NCBI GenBank assembly: GCA_051439465.1
Contig: JBFRWF010000273.1
Span: forward strand, 46,666-110,665
DNA from: Xenococcaceae cyanobacterium
GTDB taxonomy: Bacteria > Cyanobacteriota > Cyanobacteriia > Cyanobacteriales > JBFRWF01
Direction of reading: 5' to 3'
DNA: 64,000 bases
The notes under the pieces were generated by a model. The model searched no databases, was not told the origin of the DNA, and worked only from the letters and a program-made list of their open reading frames with translations. The position numbers and the translations under genes are program-made. Below are positions 35,670 to 43,520 of this stretch, in pieces; position 1 is the first letter of the stretch; each line of letters starts with the position of its first letter.

Positions 35670-36457
35670 TAAACCAACTCCTCCAAGCCTTTGACAATCT
35701 GGTTAAGGATAGTAACAGCTTTGTGTTTGCGGTCGTAGACAGAGAGCGGCACCCGTTCTTCTGCTGCATCGGCAAAGCTGGTAGACCAGGGGATAGGCGG
35801 ATAAATCGGACCCAGGCTGGCAAACCGCTCCTTGATGGCTTGAAGGGTTCGGTCGTCCTGGCTGCGACGGGCATCAAACAAAGTGGGGACAAAACCGGCG
35901 ATTTTCAGGTGACGATTGGCTCGGCGTTTGACCCGTGCCACTGTTGTGAGCAACAAATTGGTTCCTGTGAACGCTTTGAATTGAGTCTGAAGGGGAATGA
36001 GAATATGGGTCGCGGCAACAAGAGAGATATACGAGAGCAGTCCCAGACTGGGAGGACAGTCAATCAAAATGAAATCGTAATCTTCTTTGATTGGCTCTAA
36101 GGCATCTTTCAATCTGAGGTCTCGCATATCCGCATTGACCAGGGACAATTCAGCAGCGGATAAATTGATATTTGATGGGGCTAAATCTAAACCATGAATT
36201 CCTTTTTGGATCGGTAGGGAGACAATGACTTCCGAATCTTCCGAATCAATTAGCACCTGATAAATTGTTGAACTTAGTTCTTCTGGAGTCAAGCCCATAA
36301 AAGTCGTGAGTGAGGCTTGGGGATCCATATCGACCAAGAGGACACGATGACCCCGTGTTTGCAATTGGTAGCCCAAATTTTGGGTTAGGGTGCTTTTGCC
36401 TACTCCGCCGGCTTGATTGAATAGGGCTAATAAAACGCCGCTTCTTTGTTGTTCCAC
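35669..36457 (-). CDS. parA: ParA partition ATPase
   Basis: Deviant Walker A FNQAGGVGKST, VLLVDMDPQ, ILIDCPPS. GTG start. Confidence 0.9.
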   Translation of the reverse strand: MEQQRSGVLLALFNQAGGVGKSTLTQNLGYQLQTRGHRVLLVDMDPQASLTTFMGLTPEELSSTIYQVLIDSEDSEVIVSLPIQKGIHGLDLAPSNINLSAAELSLVNADMRDLRLKDALEPIKEDYDFILIDCPPSLGLLSYISLVAATHILIPLQTQFKAFTGTNLLLTTVARVKRRANRHLKIAGFVPTLFDARRSQDDRTLQAIKERFASLGPIYPPIPWSTSFADAAEERVPLSVYDRKHKAVTILNQIVKGLEELV

Positions 36458-36563
36458 AATAAACTCCTGAACTCAACAATAAAGTCAACCCTTATTTCTT
36501 GACCGATGCCCTAGCTCTAGAGATTCCGCTTCTGCCAGTTCACGACTTTATTGTTTGAGTACA

Positions 36564-36600
36564 TTCTTTGTCTTTCCATAATTTCTTTGTCTTTACATAA
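36564..36600. promoter_or_regulatory. Two tandem 18-bp direct repeats (TTCTTTGTCTTTCCATAA / TTCTTTGTCTTTACATAA) upstream of parA
   Basis: Read directly at 36564-36581 and 36583-36600, about 110-140 bp upstream of the parA start. Candidate par operator or centromere-like site. Confidence 0.45.
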
Positions 36601-36680
36601 TAAAGTTGTATCCTGAACATTTTTCGTTCCTTTTTTTGCGCTCACTGGGGGAAACGACTGTCTCCCCCCTGTCAGTAGGC

Positions 36681-37199
36681 TTAGGCAATCAGAGGAATCT
36701 GAGAGGTTTTTTCAAGCGTTTCAGGTGGCAGTTTTCCAGGGAGGCGCTCGCGAATAACAGCGATTACTCGTTCTGGGTCAGCTTTAAAAGCCTTACGTAT
36801 TGCTGCTCCCATCATTGGTCTAGTCTTTTCAACTCCGTGAGATTTCATCTGGATGCCCAGACCTCCCTTGTTGACTGGGCTACACAAGCGTCGGCAGTCC
36901 CGCTTGGTTAGGCGAGCAATGAGTTCTAGGGTTTGCTCATACAGGGCTGGTTGTATTTTAGTTTGAATGCTTCTATCTGTATCTGAGCAATCTGGAATTA
37001 ATTCAGTTTCTTCTTCTGGATCTGGGTCAAAGCTAGAAGAGACTGCCTCTTTGTAAGCTGTGAAGTTAGCACCAGGGGCGGTTTCAGGAAGCTGACTGGG
37101 ATTGTTGAGTAAGTAGCTAGCAAAGCTGAAGAAAGCTCCGAAGAGGACTGGGGGTAATAGTAATGCGTTGATTGTGTCAATATCTATGAACATTGTCAA
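36681..37199 (-). CDS. Hypothetical protein with an N-terminal TM helix
   Basis: 172-aa ORF with LLLPPVLFGAFFSFASYLL. No recognised domain. Confidence 0.45.
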   Translation of the reverse strand: MTMFIDIDTINALLLPPVLFGAFFSFASYLLNNPSQLPETAPGANFTAYKEAVSSSFDPDPEEETELIPDCSDTDRSIQTKIQPALYEQTLELIARLTKRDCRRLCSPVNKGGLGIQMKSHGVEKTRPMMGAAIRKAFKADPERVIAVIRERLPGKLPPETLEKTSQIPLIA

Positions 37200-37288
37200 T
37201 TTCTCCTAATTCCCGGCTTGTAGCGATTGCCGATACTTCTTTTCAAAAAGTAAGCGCGTCAGCGCAGCATTTCTCAGGTAAAGCGTTT

Positions 37289-38245
37289 TTAAACCATATC
37301 CGCCAGTAAATTTGAAATCTCCAACTGATCCTTTTTGCGATTATCGTCATACACCATCAGCGTATCAATCTGAGTATGGCGACTTAACTTCTGTACTTTG
37401 CGCACATTCCCATTGGTAGCATCCAGTGCCGCCGTAATGCTCGAATGGCGAATGCGGTGAGGAGACATCTGTTTCATCACTCCCGCTGCTTGAAAATACT
37501 GCTGCACAATCCAATAAATTCCCGCTCCCGTAATCCGGTTTCCCTTTTTAATCGGGTCAAGGGAAATAAACAATGGAGCATTTTGATTCAACTCCCGTCG
37601 AGAGAGCAACCAATCCCGAATCGCGGAGGAGGTGCGCCCAGAAAGGTCAATCACCTCATAGGCAGTCCCCTTCCCCTTACCCCTAATTTTGAGCGTATAA
37701 ACCTCAGCGTCAAAATCCCCAATATTCGCCTGTGCGATTTCCCCCCGACGCAGAGCATTATCCCAGAGTAACCTCAGCAAAGCATAGTCTCGCTTCCCCT
37801 TAAGGGACACTCGGTCAGGAATGGCTAACACCTTACGGTACACCTCCCGGCTAATGCCCGTGGTATCCCGATATACTTGCACCTTCTCCCCCTTTACCTC
37901 TTCTAAGGTATAGCTGCACTTCCCCGCAGAAAAAGCTAGCTTCACCAAAGATTTGATTGCCGATAGGCGACGGTTAATGGTAGCTTCTTTCAAACCCCGC
38001 CCCATCAACATCGCTTTGTAGCGCAACACCAGTGTCACCGCATCGCCTCTGGACAATAGCAAAAAGTAGGTCACCATCTCTGGAGTTGGGTCGCTATCGG
38101 CAATAGTTCTAAAAAAGTCCTTTATATCCTTCGCATAGGCGTGGCGGGTAGAAGGCGATCGCTTATCGGAGAGGAGTTGAGTCAACAAATCCCGGTTGGC
38201 GATCGCCGCTAAGGGGTTAGTCGTGGTGGGGACGATAGTGGTCAT
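37289..38245 (-). CDS. Tyrosine recombinase (XerC/D / phage-integrase family), likely multimer resolvase or integrase
   Basis: LLWDNALRRGEI (Arg I), SPHRIRHSSIT (H-x-x-R), LSRHTQIDTLMVYD (His/Tyr). ATG 38245 is preferred over the track TTG start at 38284. Confidence 0.85.
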   Translation of the reverse strand: MTTIVPTTTNPLAAIANRDLLTQLLSDKRSPSTRHAYAKDIKDFFRTIADSDPTPEMVTYFLLLSRGDAVTLVLRYKAMLMGRGLKEATINRRLSAIKSLVKLAFSAGKCSYTLEEVKGEKVQVYRDTTGISREVYRKVLAIPDRVSLKGKRDYALLRLLWDNALRRGEIAQANIGDFDAEVYTLKIRGKGKGTAYEVIDLSGRTSSAIRDWLLSRRELNQNAPLFISLDPIKKGNRITGAGIYWIVQQYFQAAGVMKQMSPHRIRHSSITAALDATNGNVRKVQKLSRHTQIDTLMVYDDNRKKDQLEISNLLADMV

Positions 38246-38379
38246 AGAAATCGCGCTTGCGAGAATTTTTATTTCCGCTAGCAAATCTTAGCATGAATGA
38301 ATGGCAAAATCTTGTGTCGGAGAGCAGATTGACTTAAAATAAAGGAAAGATTAGAGTCTGGCTAGGCTAGCAAAAACTG

Positions 38380-38757
38380 ATGGCTATTGCGAAAGCAAGG
38401 GAAGAGAAAGTGAACGCATCCACTCTAGTAGGAGTTGATTCAAAGAAAATTCTTACGCTTACCCAGCTTGCGACGATGGAACCGCAGACTCTCAAAGCCA
38501 TCATGAAACAGCGACTAACTCAAGAACTGAATTGGACAAACTATCAGCTCGCTAAGGAATACGGAAAACTTAAAGAGGGACACTCTGATATCAATCCCAA
38601 CCGCTATACCACCACAGTGACCCAGGTGTTGGAAAGACCAGAGACAGCTCGCTGGAATACGGTTTGCCTAGTCTTAGCAGCAATGGGTTTGCTGGTTCAG
38701 GTGGTCGCCATTAATCAACAGGTTTACTCATTGGCAACACCAGGAAGTAGTTCGTGA
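38380..38757 (+). CDS. Small hypothetical protein, possible HTH
   Basis: 125-aa ORF. The TQELNWTNYQLAKEYG stretch is loosely HTH-like. Support is weak. Confidence 0.4.
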   Translation: MAIAKAREEKVNASTLVGVDSKKILTLTQLATMEPQTLKAIMKQRLTQELNWTNYQLAKEYGKLKEGHSDINPNRYTTTVTQVLERPETARWNTVCLVLAAMGLLVQVVAINQQVYSLATPGSSS

Positions 38758-38804
38758 CGATGCTTGCATGCTGAGCAATGAAGCACTTTCAGGTTTGGGA
38801 TTCC

Positions 38805-38869
38805 GTAGTTACGATATAATGTAGTTACGGCATAAATTCAATATTAGTATAATAACAGTCGTAAATACG
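38805..38869. repeat. AT-rich region with GTAGTTACG direct repeats and three TATAAT-like boxes upstream of the initiator-like gene
   Basis: GTAGTTACG occurs at 38805-38813 and 38821-38829, with the variant GTCGTAAATACG at 38858-38869. GATATAAT, AGTATAAT and GCTATAAT are interleaved. Confidence 0.5.
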
Positions 38870-38951
38870 CTATAATTACTTGCATCATAACGGTGTATTC
38901 AAACCAAGCCGAAAACCCCCTGGTCGTCTACTAGACCTATGAGGTGTAGTA

Positions 38952-40220
38952 ATGCTCCCGCAAATACTAACAATTTCCCACCTTCCCGCCACGCCTTACA
39001 CCATACTGCGGCTCGATTACCTGATTATTTGCCAAGACGACTACTGTGCCGCCAAAATACTGTCCCTATTTGAAGCTTGGTCTGAGTCTAAGCGAGACGC
39101 AGTCGAACAAGCCAAATACCACAATAAAGCGGCTGCCAAAGAAGGGCTCGAGCCAACTCACGACGAAACAACTTGGCTTTACAACACCCTTGAGAACATC
39201 AGGCAACGGCTCTTGGAAGAATACAGTGTCAAAACTATCAACAAAGCCTTGAAAACCTTAGTAGACCTGGGTTTTCTCCAAACTCGATTTAACCCTAACC
39301 ACAAATGGGACAGGACGAAGCAGTACCAGTTTCAGACTGAAGCCGTCCAAACCGCTATTTACCAGATTACCCAAGAGCAGCTTGAGCGATATATTAGCCC
39401 GAAGGCTGAAACCCTTGATTTTCTGCATTTGGTAAATTTACCAAATGCATCTGGTAAAAATACCAAATCGAAAGCGCAAATTTACCAAATCGAAAGCGCA
39501 GATTTACCAAATCGATCTGGTAAAAATACCAAAGCAATACCAAAGAGTCATAACAAAGAGTCAATCAAAGAAAACACACCCATCGCTGCCCCTTCGCCCC
39601 AGCACCCCACCCAAAGTGTGTGTGTAGCAAAAAATGATGAAAAGGTTGAAAAGGTCAAAGCGATTGAAAGCAGCGAAGAAGAAGTTAGCCAAGATGAGTC
39701 ATTTACTGCCCAAGACGAAAAAACCAACTCAACACCTTTGGCTGAAGTCACAGCTTTAGATCGAAGTTCGGCTGTATCGCTAAATAACAATAAAACTTTA
39801 AAGTCTCAGAAAAGGCGACAACTCTCGGAGTTCCAGCAATGGAAGCAGCAGATAGAGCGAATCGAGTGGGAGGCTTTCATTAACTGGAAATCAGAGCAAG
39901 CCCCTGCTGATATCCGTGACCGACTGGGGTGGGCATACAACACCCTCAAGGCAGATTTAGAACGAGCCCAGCTTTCTTTGTCGAGTTTTCGACAAGAAAA
40001 AGCGCAGTCTAGGCAACCATCTGGCTCTCGCACGAAGCCCGATGGGACTCCCAACTTTGAAGCTTGGGAGATGGAGCAACACATTGAGGTGGCAAAGCAA
40101 TACCTGGCAAACAGTGTTGCTTTCCTGCGAGAGCAGTCCTGGCACAAAGACTGGGTGGAATTTGTGAACGTCACTTTCCCCAACTTATTTACCGAGGTTA
40201 ATCAGGAGGGACTGTCATGA
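38952..40220 (+). CDS. Putative replication initiator (winged-helix-like N-terminal domain, low-complexity linker, C-terminal domain), translationally coupled to dnaB
   Basis: ATGA overlap with dnaB at 40217-40220. The N-terminal ...SVKTINKALKTLVDLGFLQTRFNPNHKWDRTKQYQF looks like a wHTH. An iteron-like array lies inside the linker-coding region. I recognised no specific Rep family. Confidence 0.55.
   Translation: MLPQILTISHLPATPYTILRLDYLIICQDDYCAAKILSLFEAWSESKRDAVEQAKYHNKAAAKEGLEPTHDETTWLYNTLENIRQRLLEEYSVKTINKALKTLVDLGFLQTRFNPNHKWDRTKQYQFQTEAVQTAIYQITQEQLERYISPKAETLDFLHLVNLPNASGKNTKSKAQIYQIESADLPNRSGKNTKAIPKSHNKESIKENTPIAAPSPQHPTQSVCVAKNDEKVEKVKAIESSEEEVSQDESFTAQDEKTNSTPLAEVTALDRSSAVSLNNNKTLKSQKRRQLSEFQQWKQQIERIEWEAFINWKSEQAPADIRDRLGWAYNTLKADLERAQLSLSSFRQEKAQSRQPSGSRTKPDGTPNFEAWEMEQHIEVAKQYLANSVAFLREQSWHKDWVEFVNVTFPNLFTEVNQEGLS
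39424..39535. repeat. Dense array of direct and inverted repeats built on a TTTACCAAAT core, inside the initiator-like ORF
   Basis: Perfect 26-bp palindrome TGCATTTGGTAAATTTACCAAATGCA (39424-39449). Inverted repeat TTTACCA-N7-TGGTAAA occurs twice (39438-39458 and 39504-39524). 22-bp tandem A(A)T(T)TACCAAATCGAAAGCGCA lies at 39457-39500. A 34-bp repeat lies at 39436 and 39502. About 8 core copies fall within 112 bp. Confidence 0.8.
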
Positions 40221-42037
40221 TTAATAGCGATCGCCTTCCTCCTGAAAATATCGAGGCTGAAGCAGCCATCTTAGGGGGAATTTTACTCGACCCAAGAGCG
40301 ATGGAGGAGGTAGTTGACATCCTGACTCCAGACACATTTTATGTCAGCGCTCACGGAGAAATCTATCGAGCAGCTTTGACGTTGTTCCGTGAAGGGAAGC
40401 CAACGGATTTAATGATGGTCACCAGCTATCTAGCAGACCATGAGAAGCTCGAGGGAGTTGGAGGAACTAGCAGACTAGCCACTCTTGTACACCGAACGGT
40501 ATCTGCGATTAACATAGACCGTTATGCTGCCTTAGTCGTTGATAAGTATCTGCGGCGGCAGCTCATTAAAGAAGCCAATGAGATTGCGGCATCTGCTTAC
40601 GACAACTCCAGAGACTTTGAAGAAGTTATTGACGAAGCCGAACAGAGAATTTTTACAGTTGCCCAACATCGTCCGACTCAAGAAGTCGAACCCGTTGGAG
40701 ATATTTTGATTCGTAACTTCAACGAGATTGAGCAGTACGCTAACGGTGTTGTTCAGCCGGGACTAAATACCGGACTCACTGAAATTGACCGCATCACTGG
40801 CGGCTTGCAGCGGCAAGACCTGATTATCGTCGGTGGCAGACCGAGCACTGGAAAAACGGCTCTCTCGACTAATCTGGCATACAACATTGCGCTGCTGCAC
40901 AATCTTCCCGTGATTATCTTCAGTTTGGAGATGTCCAAGGAGCAGTTGACCTATCGTCTGCTATCTCCTTTGGCTCGAATTGAATATGAGCGACTCAAAG
41001 CCGGACGCATATCGCTAGGTGAGCTGACTCCCCTGACACTGGCGATTGGCCAACTCTCTGAGCTACCGATCTTCATAGACGACACTTCCAATCCTCCCGT
41101 GCTCGAAATCCGGGCTAAAGTGCGACGGATAGCAGCTCAGCACGGTCAGTTGGGATTAGTGCTGATTGATTATCTGCAACTGATGAGTGGTTCGGACTCA
41201 TCGAACCGAGTCCAAGAGTTAGATAGGATTAGCCGGGAGCTCAAACAACTGGCTAAAGACTTCAATGTGCCCGTAATGTGTTTATCGCAGCTCCATCGGG
41301 GGGTGGAGGGGAGGCAAGACAAACATCCCATGATGTCTGACCTCAGAGACTGCCTTGCGGGTGATGCTCTTGTTACCAATGCAGAAACAGGTGTTCGGGT
41401 CTCTGTTCGAGAAATAGTTGAAAAGGGGCTGCGTTTCAATGTATGGGCTATCAACAGTGAGTGGAAGTTAGTAAGCCGTCCGATTGTAGATGCGTGGGCA
41501 GTAGGCACTCAGACAGTCTACAAAGTGACGACGCGAACTGGTCGAACTCTTCGATGTTCTGGTGGACATCGCCTGATGACTCATGATGGATGGCGACAGC
41601 TACGCAATTTATGTGTGGGGGATGTTGTAGCTTTGCCACGGTGTTATCCTGCACCGAATCAGGGGCATGGGGTCACTTTTGCCTTTTGCCTTCCGCTCAG
41701 CGGTGACCCAATACTTCAGCGGCGGGCAAGCTCTGATTTGTTGTGGGATGAGATTACTTCCATTTCCGCAGACAGTGAAGAGATGGTATACGACCTGACC
41801 GTCGAAGAACTTCACAATTTCTGCGTTGACGGTTTTGTTACCCACAACAGCGGTGCCATTGAGCAAGCAGCAGATTTAATTGCGCTTTTGTATCGCGAAG
41901 ATTATTACAAACCTGACTCCCCAGAGCGAGGAATTGTTGAGGTTAACTTTGCCAAGCACCGAAATGGACGGACTGGCATCGTCAAGCTTTTGTTCGAGAA
42001 AGAATATTCCCGTTTTCTTGACTTGTACTACCGATAA
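40217..42037 (+). CDS. dnaB: Replicative DNA helicase DnaB containing a mini-intein
   Basis: N-terminal PPENIEAEAAILGGILLD, Walker A GGRPSTGKTAL, SLEMS, LIDYLQLM. The spliced junction would read MMSDLRD/SGAIEQAADL, the canonical DnaB motif. Confidence 0.9.
   Translation: MINSDRLPPENIEAEAAILGGILLDPRAMEEVVDILTPDTFYVSAHGEIYRAALTLFREGKPTDLMMVTSYLADHEKLEGVGGTSRLATLVHRTVSAINIDRYAALVVDKYLRRQLIKEANEIAASAYDNSRDFEEVIDEAEQRIFTVAQHRPTQEVEPVGDILIRNFNEIEQYANGVVQPGLNTGLTEIDRITGGLQRQDLIIVGGRPSTGKTALSTNLAYNIALLHNLPVIIFSLEMSKEQLTYRLLSPLARIEYERLKAGRISLGELTPLTLAIGQLSELPIFIDDTSNPPVLEIRAKVRRIAAQHGQLGLVLIDYLQLMSGSDSSNRVQELDRISRELKQLAKDFNVPVMCLSQLHRGVEGRQDKHPMMSDLRDCLAGDALVTNAETGVRVSVREIVEKGLRFNVWAINSEWKLVSRPIVDAWAVGTQTVYKVTTRTGRTLRCSGGHRLMTHDGWRQLRNLCVGDVVALPRCYPAPNQGHGVTFAFCLPLSGDPILQRRASSDLLWDEITSISADSEEMVYDLTVEELHNFCVDGFVTHNSGAIEQAADLIALLYREDYYKPDSPERGIVEVNFAKHRNGRTGIVKLLFEKEYSRFLDLYYR
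41351..41848 (+). other. Mini-intein (166 aa, no homing-endonuclease domain) within dnaB
   Basis: It starts CLAGDALV (block A; Cys at codon 379, tgc at 41351) and ends ...LHNFCVDGFVTHN, followed by a Ser +1 nucleophile. The flanks rebuild the SDLR(D/E)SG.IEQ.AD helicase motif. Confidence 0.85.
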
Positions 42038-42066
42038 CAACAAATTCAAAAAAGCCCTTAAAAACT

Positions 42067-42450
42067 ATGGAACTTAAAGAAGACCTAATCCTACCACCAA
42101 GACCCCAATTACTCGATAGAGAGGCTTGGAGCGGCGTTAGAGCGTATAAATCCTGTTACTGTTGTCATGGCACTGGTTATGTGGTGCGAGTAGAGCGAGT
42201 CTTAAAGTCACCTCATACTTTCACGCGCCCGATCCTGTGTAAGCGCATTGGCTGTACCGCCTCTTCTCGGGTGCAAGTTGATCTAAAAATTGTGGATGAC
42301 CGACTGACTCCTCAAGAATGTCAGGAACTCCATGAGCAAGGACTGGCTGATTGGCAGGCTGCTGACCGGGTTTGGCATGAGAGTCGGCAAAAGGCATTGC
42401 TCAAACAGATGAGTGAAGGCGCAACAAAAAGCTTGAAGGATGATGAATGA
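42067..42450 (+). CDS. Hypothetical protein with a DnaJ-type CxxCxGxG zinc-finger motif
   Basis: 127-aa ORF immediately after dnaB, containing CYCCHGTGYV. Confidence 0.55.
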   Translation: MELKEDLILPPRPQLLDREAWSGVRAYKSCYCCHGTGYVVRVERVLKSPHTFTRPILCKRIGCTASSRVQVDLKIVDDRLTPQECQELHEQGLADWQAADRVWHESRQKALLKQMSEGATKSLKDDE

Positions 42451-42510
42451 GCAGGTCTGAGTTAGGAATTGGGCTTTACTTACATGGGTGCGCCCAACAG
42501 GTTTTTTATC

Positions 42511-42540
42511 TGTCTTATGTACAGCGTTGTACATAAGACA
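42511..42540. repeat. Palindrome A: TGTCTTATGTACA-gcgt-TGTACATAAGACA
   Basis: Perfect 13-bp arms with a 4-nt spacer, 18 nt upstream of ATG 42558. Confidence 0.85.
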
Positions 42541-42557
42541 AAAATGGGGGACGAACG

Positions 42558-42908
42558 ATGGGGAATCTTGACTGGCTCAAACAGCAATTACAAATGCTCA
42601 CCCTTGAGGAGTTAGAAGTCGTAGAGGGGTGGATCCAGCAGCAAAAGCAGGTAATCTTTGAAGCCTCTTCCCAGTCAAAGAAAACCCAGCCCTTATCTAA
42701 ACGGCCTGTTGTGCGAACGTTGATGGGATTCACGCCTGATGGACAAGAGGCGTTGTGGCAGTTGGAGTATGTGCGGTGTGGCAAACAGCGATGTCACAAG
42801 TGTGCCAGAGGGGAGGGGCATGGCCCATATTGGTATTATTACTGGCGGGAGACAACCCATTCTAAGCTCAAGAGTCGGTATTGGGGAAAACGCAACCCTC
42901 TTCTGTAA
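42558..42908 (+). CDS. Small zinc-ribbon protein (C-terminal CGKxxCxKC...GHGPYWYYYWRE motif)
   Basis: 116-aa ORF. The C-terminal VRCGKQRCHKCARGEGHGPYWYYYWRETTHSKLKSRYWGK is a recurrent cyanobacterial zinc-ribbon signature. It is bracketed by the two identical palindromes. Confidence 0.6.
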   Translation: MGNLDWLKQQLQMLTLEELEVVEGWIQQQKQVIFEASSQSKKTQPLSKRPVVRTLMGFTPDGQEALWQLEYVRCGKQRCHKCARGEGHGPYWYYYWRETTHSKLKSRYWGKRNPLL

Positions 42909-42911
42909 GAG

Positions 42912-42943
42912 TGTCTTATGTACAAAACCATGTACATAAGACA
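42912..42943. repeat. Palindrome B: TGTCTTATGTACA-aaacca-TGTACATAAGACA
   Basis: Same 13-bp arms as palindrome A with a 6-nt spacer. It starts 4 nt after the stop of the zinc-ribbon ORF. Confidence 0.85.
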
Positions 42944-42973
42944 AGTGAGAGGCGTATGCGGCTTAACTGGTAA

Positions 42974-43237
42974 TCAGGGTCTCGCTCTTTCATTTAGCTC
43001 AAAGCTCGCTGTTGCAGGACGCATAACTTCAAACTGGTTAGGAGTGAGGATAACATTTTCATAGTCGAAGTCTCCAACTCATCTTTCATCAGGAATAGCG
43101 AGGTCTACGGCGTAACCTTCTGGCTCTTCATAGCATTCTACAATTGTCCCTTGCGTTCCTTTCGGAATGAGACGCTTGCCGAAGTCTACTTGGATATCTA
43201 CTAAAGTCTTAATGCCATCGTAGGGGTTTGCTTTCAT
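42974..43237 (-). pseudogene. DUF4926-like small antitoxin-type gene with an in-frame TGA, preceded by a toxin-gene remnant
   Basis: SD taggagga then ATG 43237: MKANPYDGIKTLVDIQVDFGKRLIPKGTQGTIVECYEEPEGYAVDLAIPDER*VGDFDYENVILTPNQFEVM... The stop is at 43079-43081. The upstream remnant at 43254-43350 reads ...SPNGQEENLVTKWQIDRGRTRPRLTTNWLKVRQL*. Confidence 0.45.
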
Positions 43238-43495
43238 AATTTTCCTCCTATAACTGACGGACTTTCAGCCAATTTGTTGTCAGCCTTGGTCTGGTCCGAC
43301 CCCGATCAATTTGCCATTTTGTGACGAGGTTTTCTTCTTGTCCATTGGGACTTTTAATGGGGGACTAGCCGTGGGGCGATCGCGGTCGGGGTGGCTATCC
43401 CAAGAGCTTCCCATATAGGGGTGAACTTTCACTCTGCATCCCCCTAGTCACCAATCACTGCGATGCTCGCGCATCAAAGATTTCTGCGCGTCGGA

Positions 43496-43517
43496 TCACC
43501 AGTCACCAGTCACCAGT
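43496..43517. repeat. Heptameric tandem repeat TCACCAG x3 (STRR-like)
   Basis: Read directly, immediately downstream of the VirB9-like gene stop. Confidence 0.7.
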
Positions 43518-43520
43518 TTC

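Noticed and set aside
39424-39535. Possible CRISPR array
   Set aside because: The repeat units are 9-34 bp, overlapping and partly palindromic, with no unique spacers of regular length. They lie inside an open reading frame, and there are no cas genes in the window.
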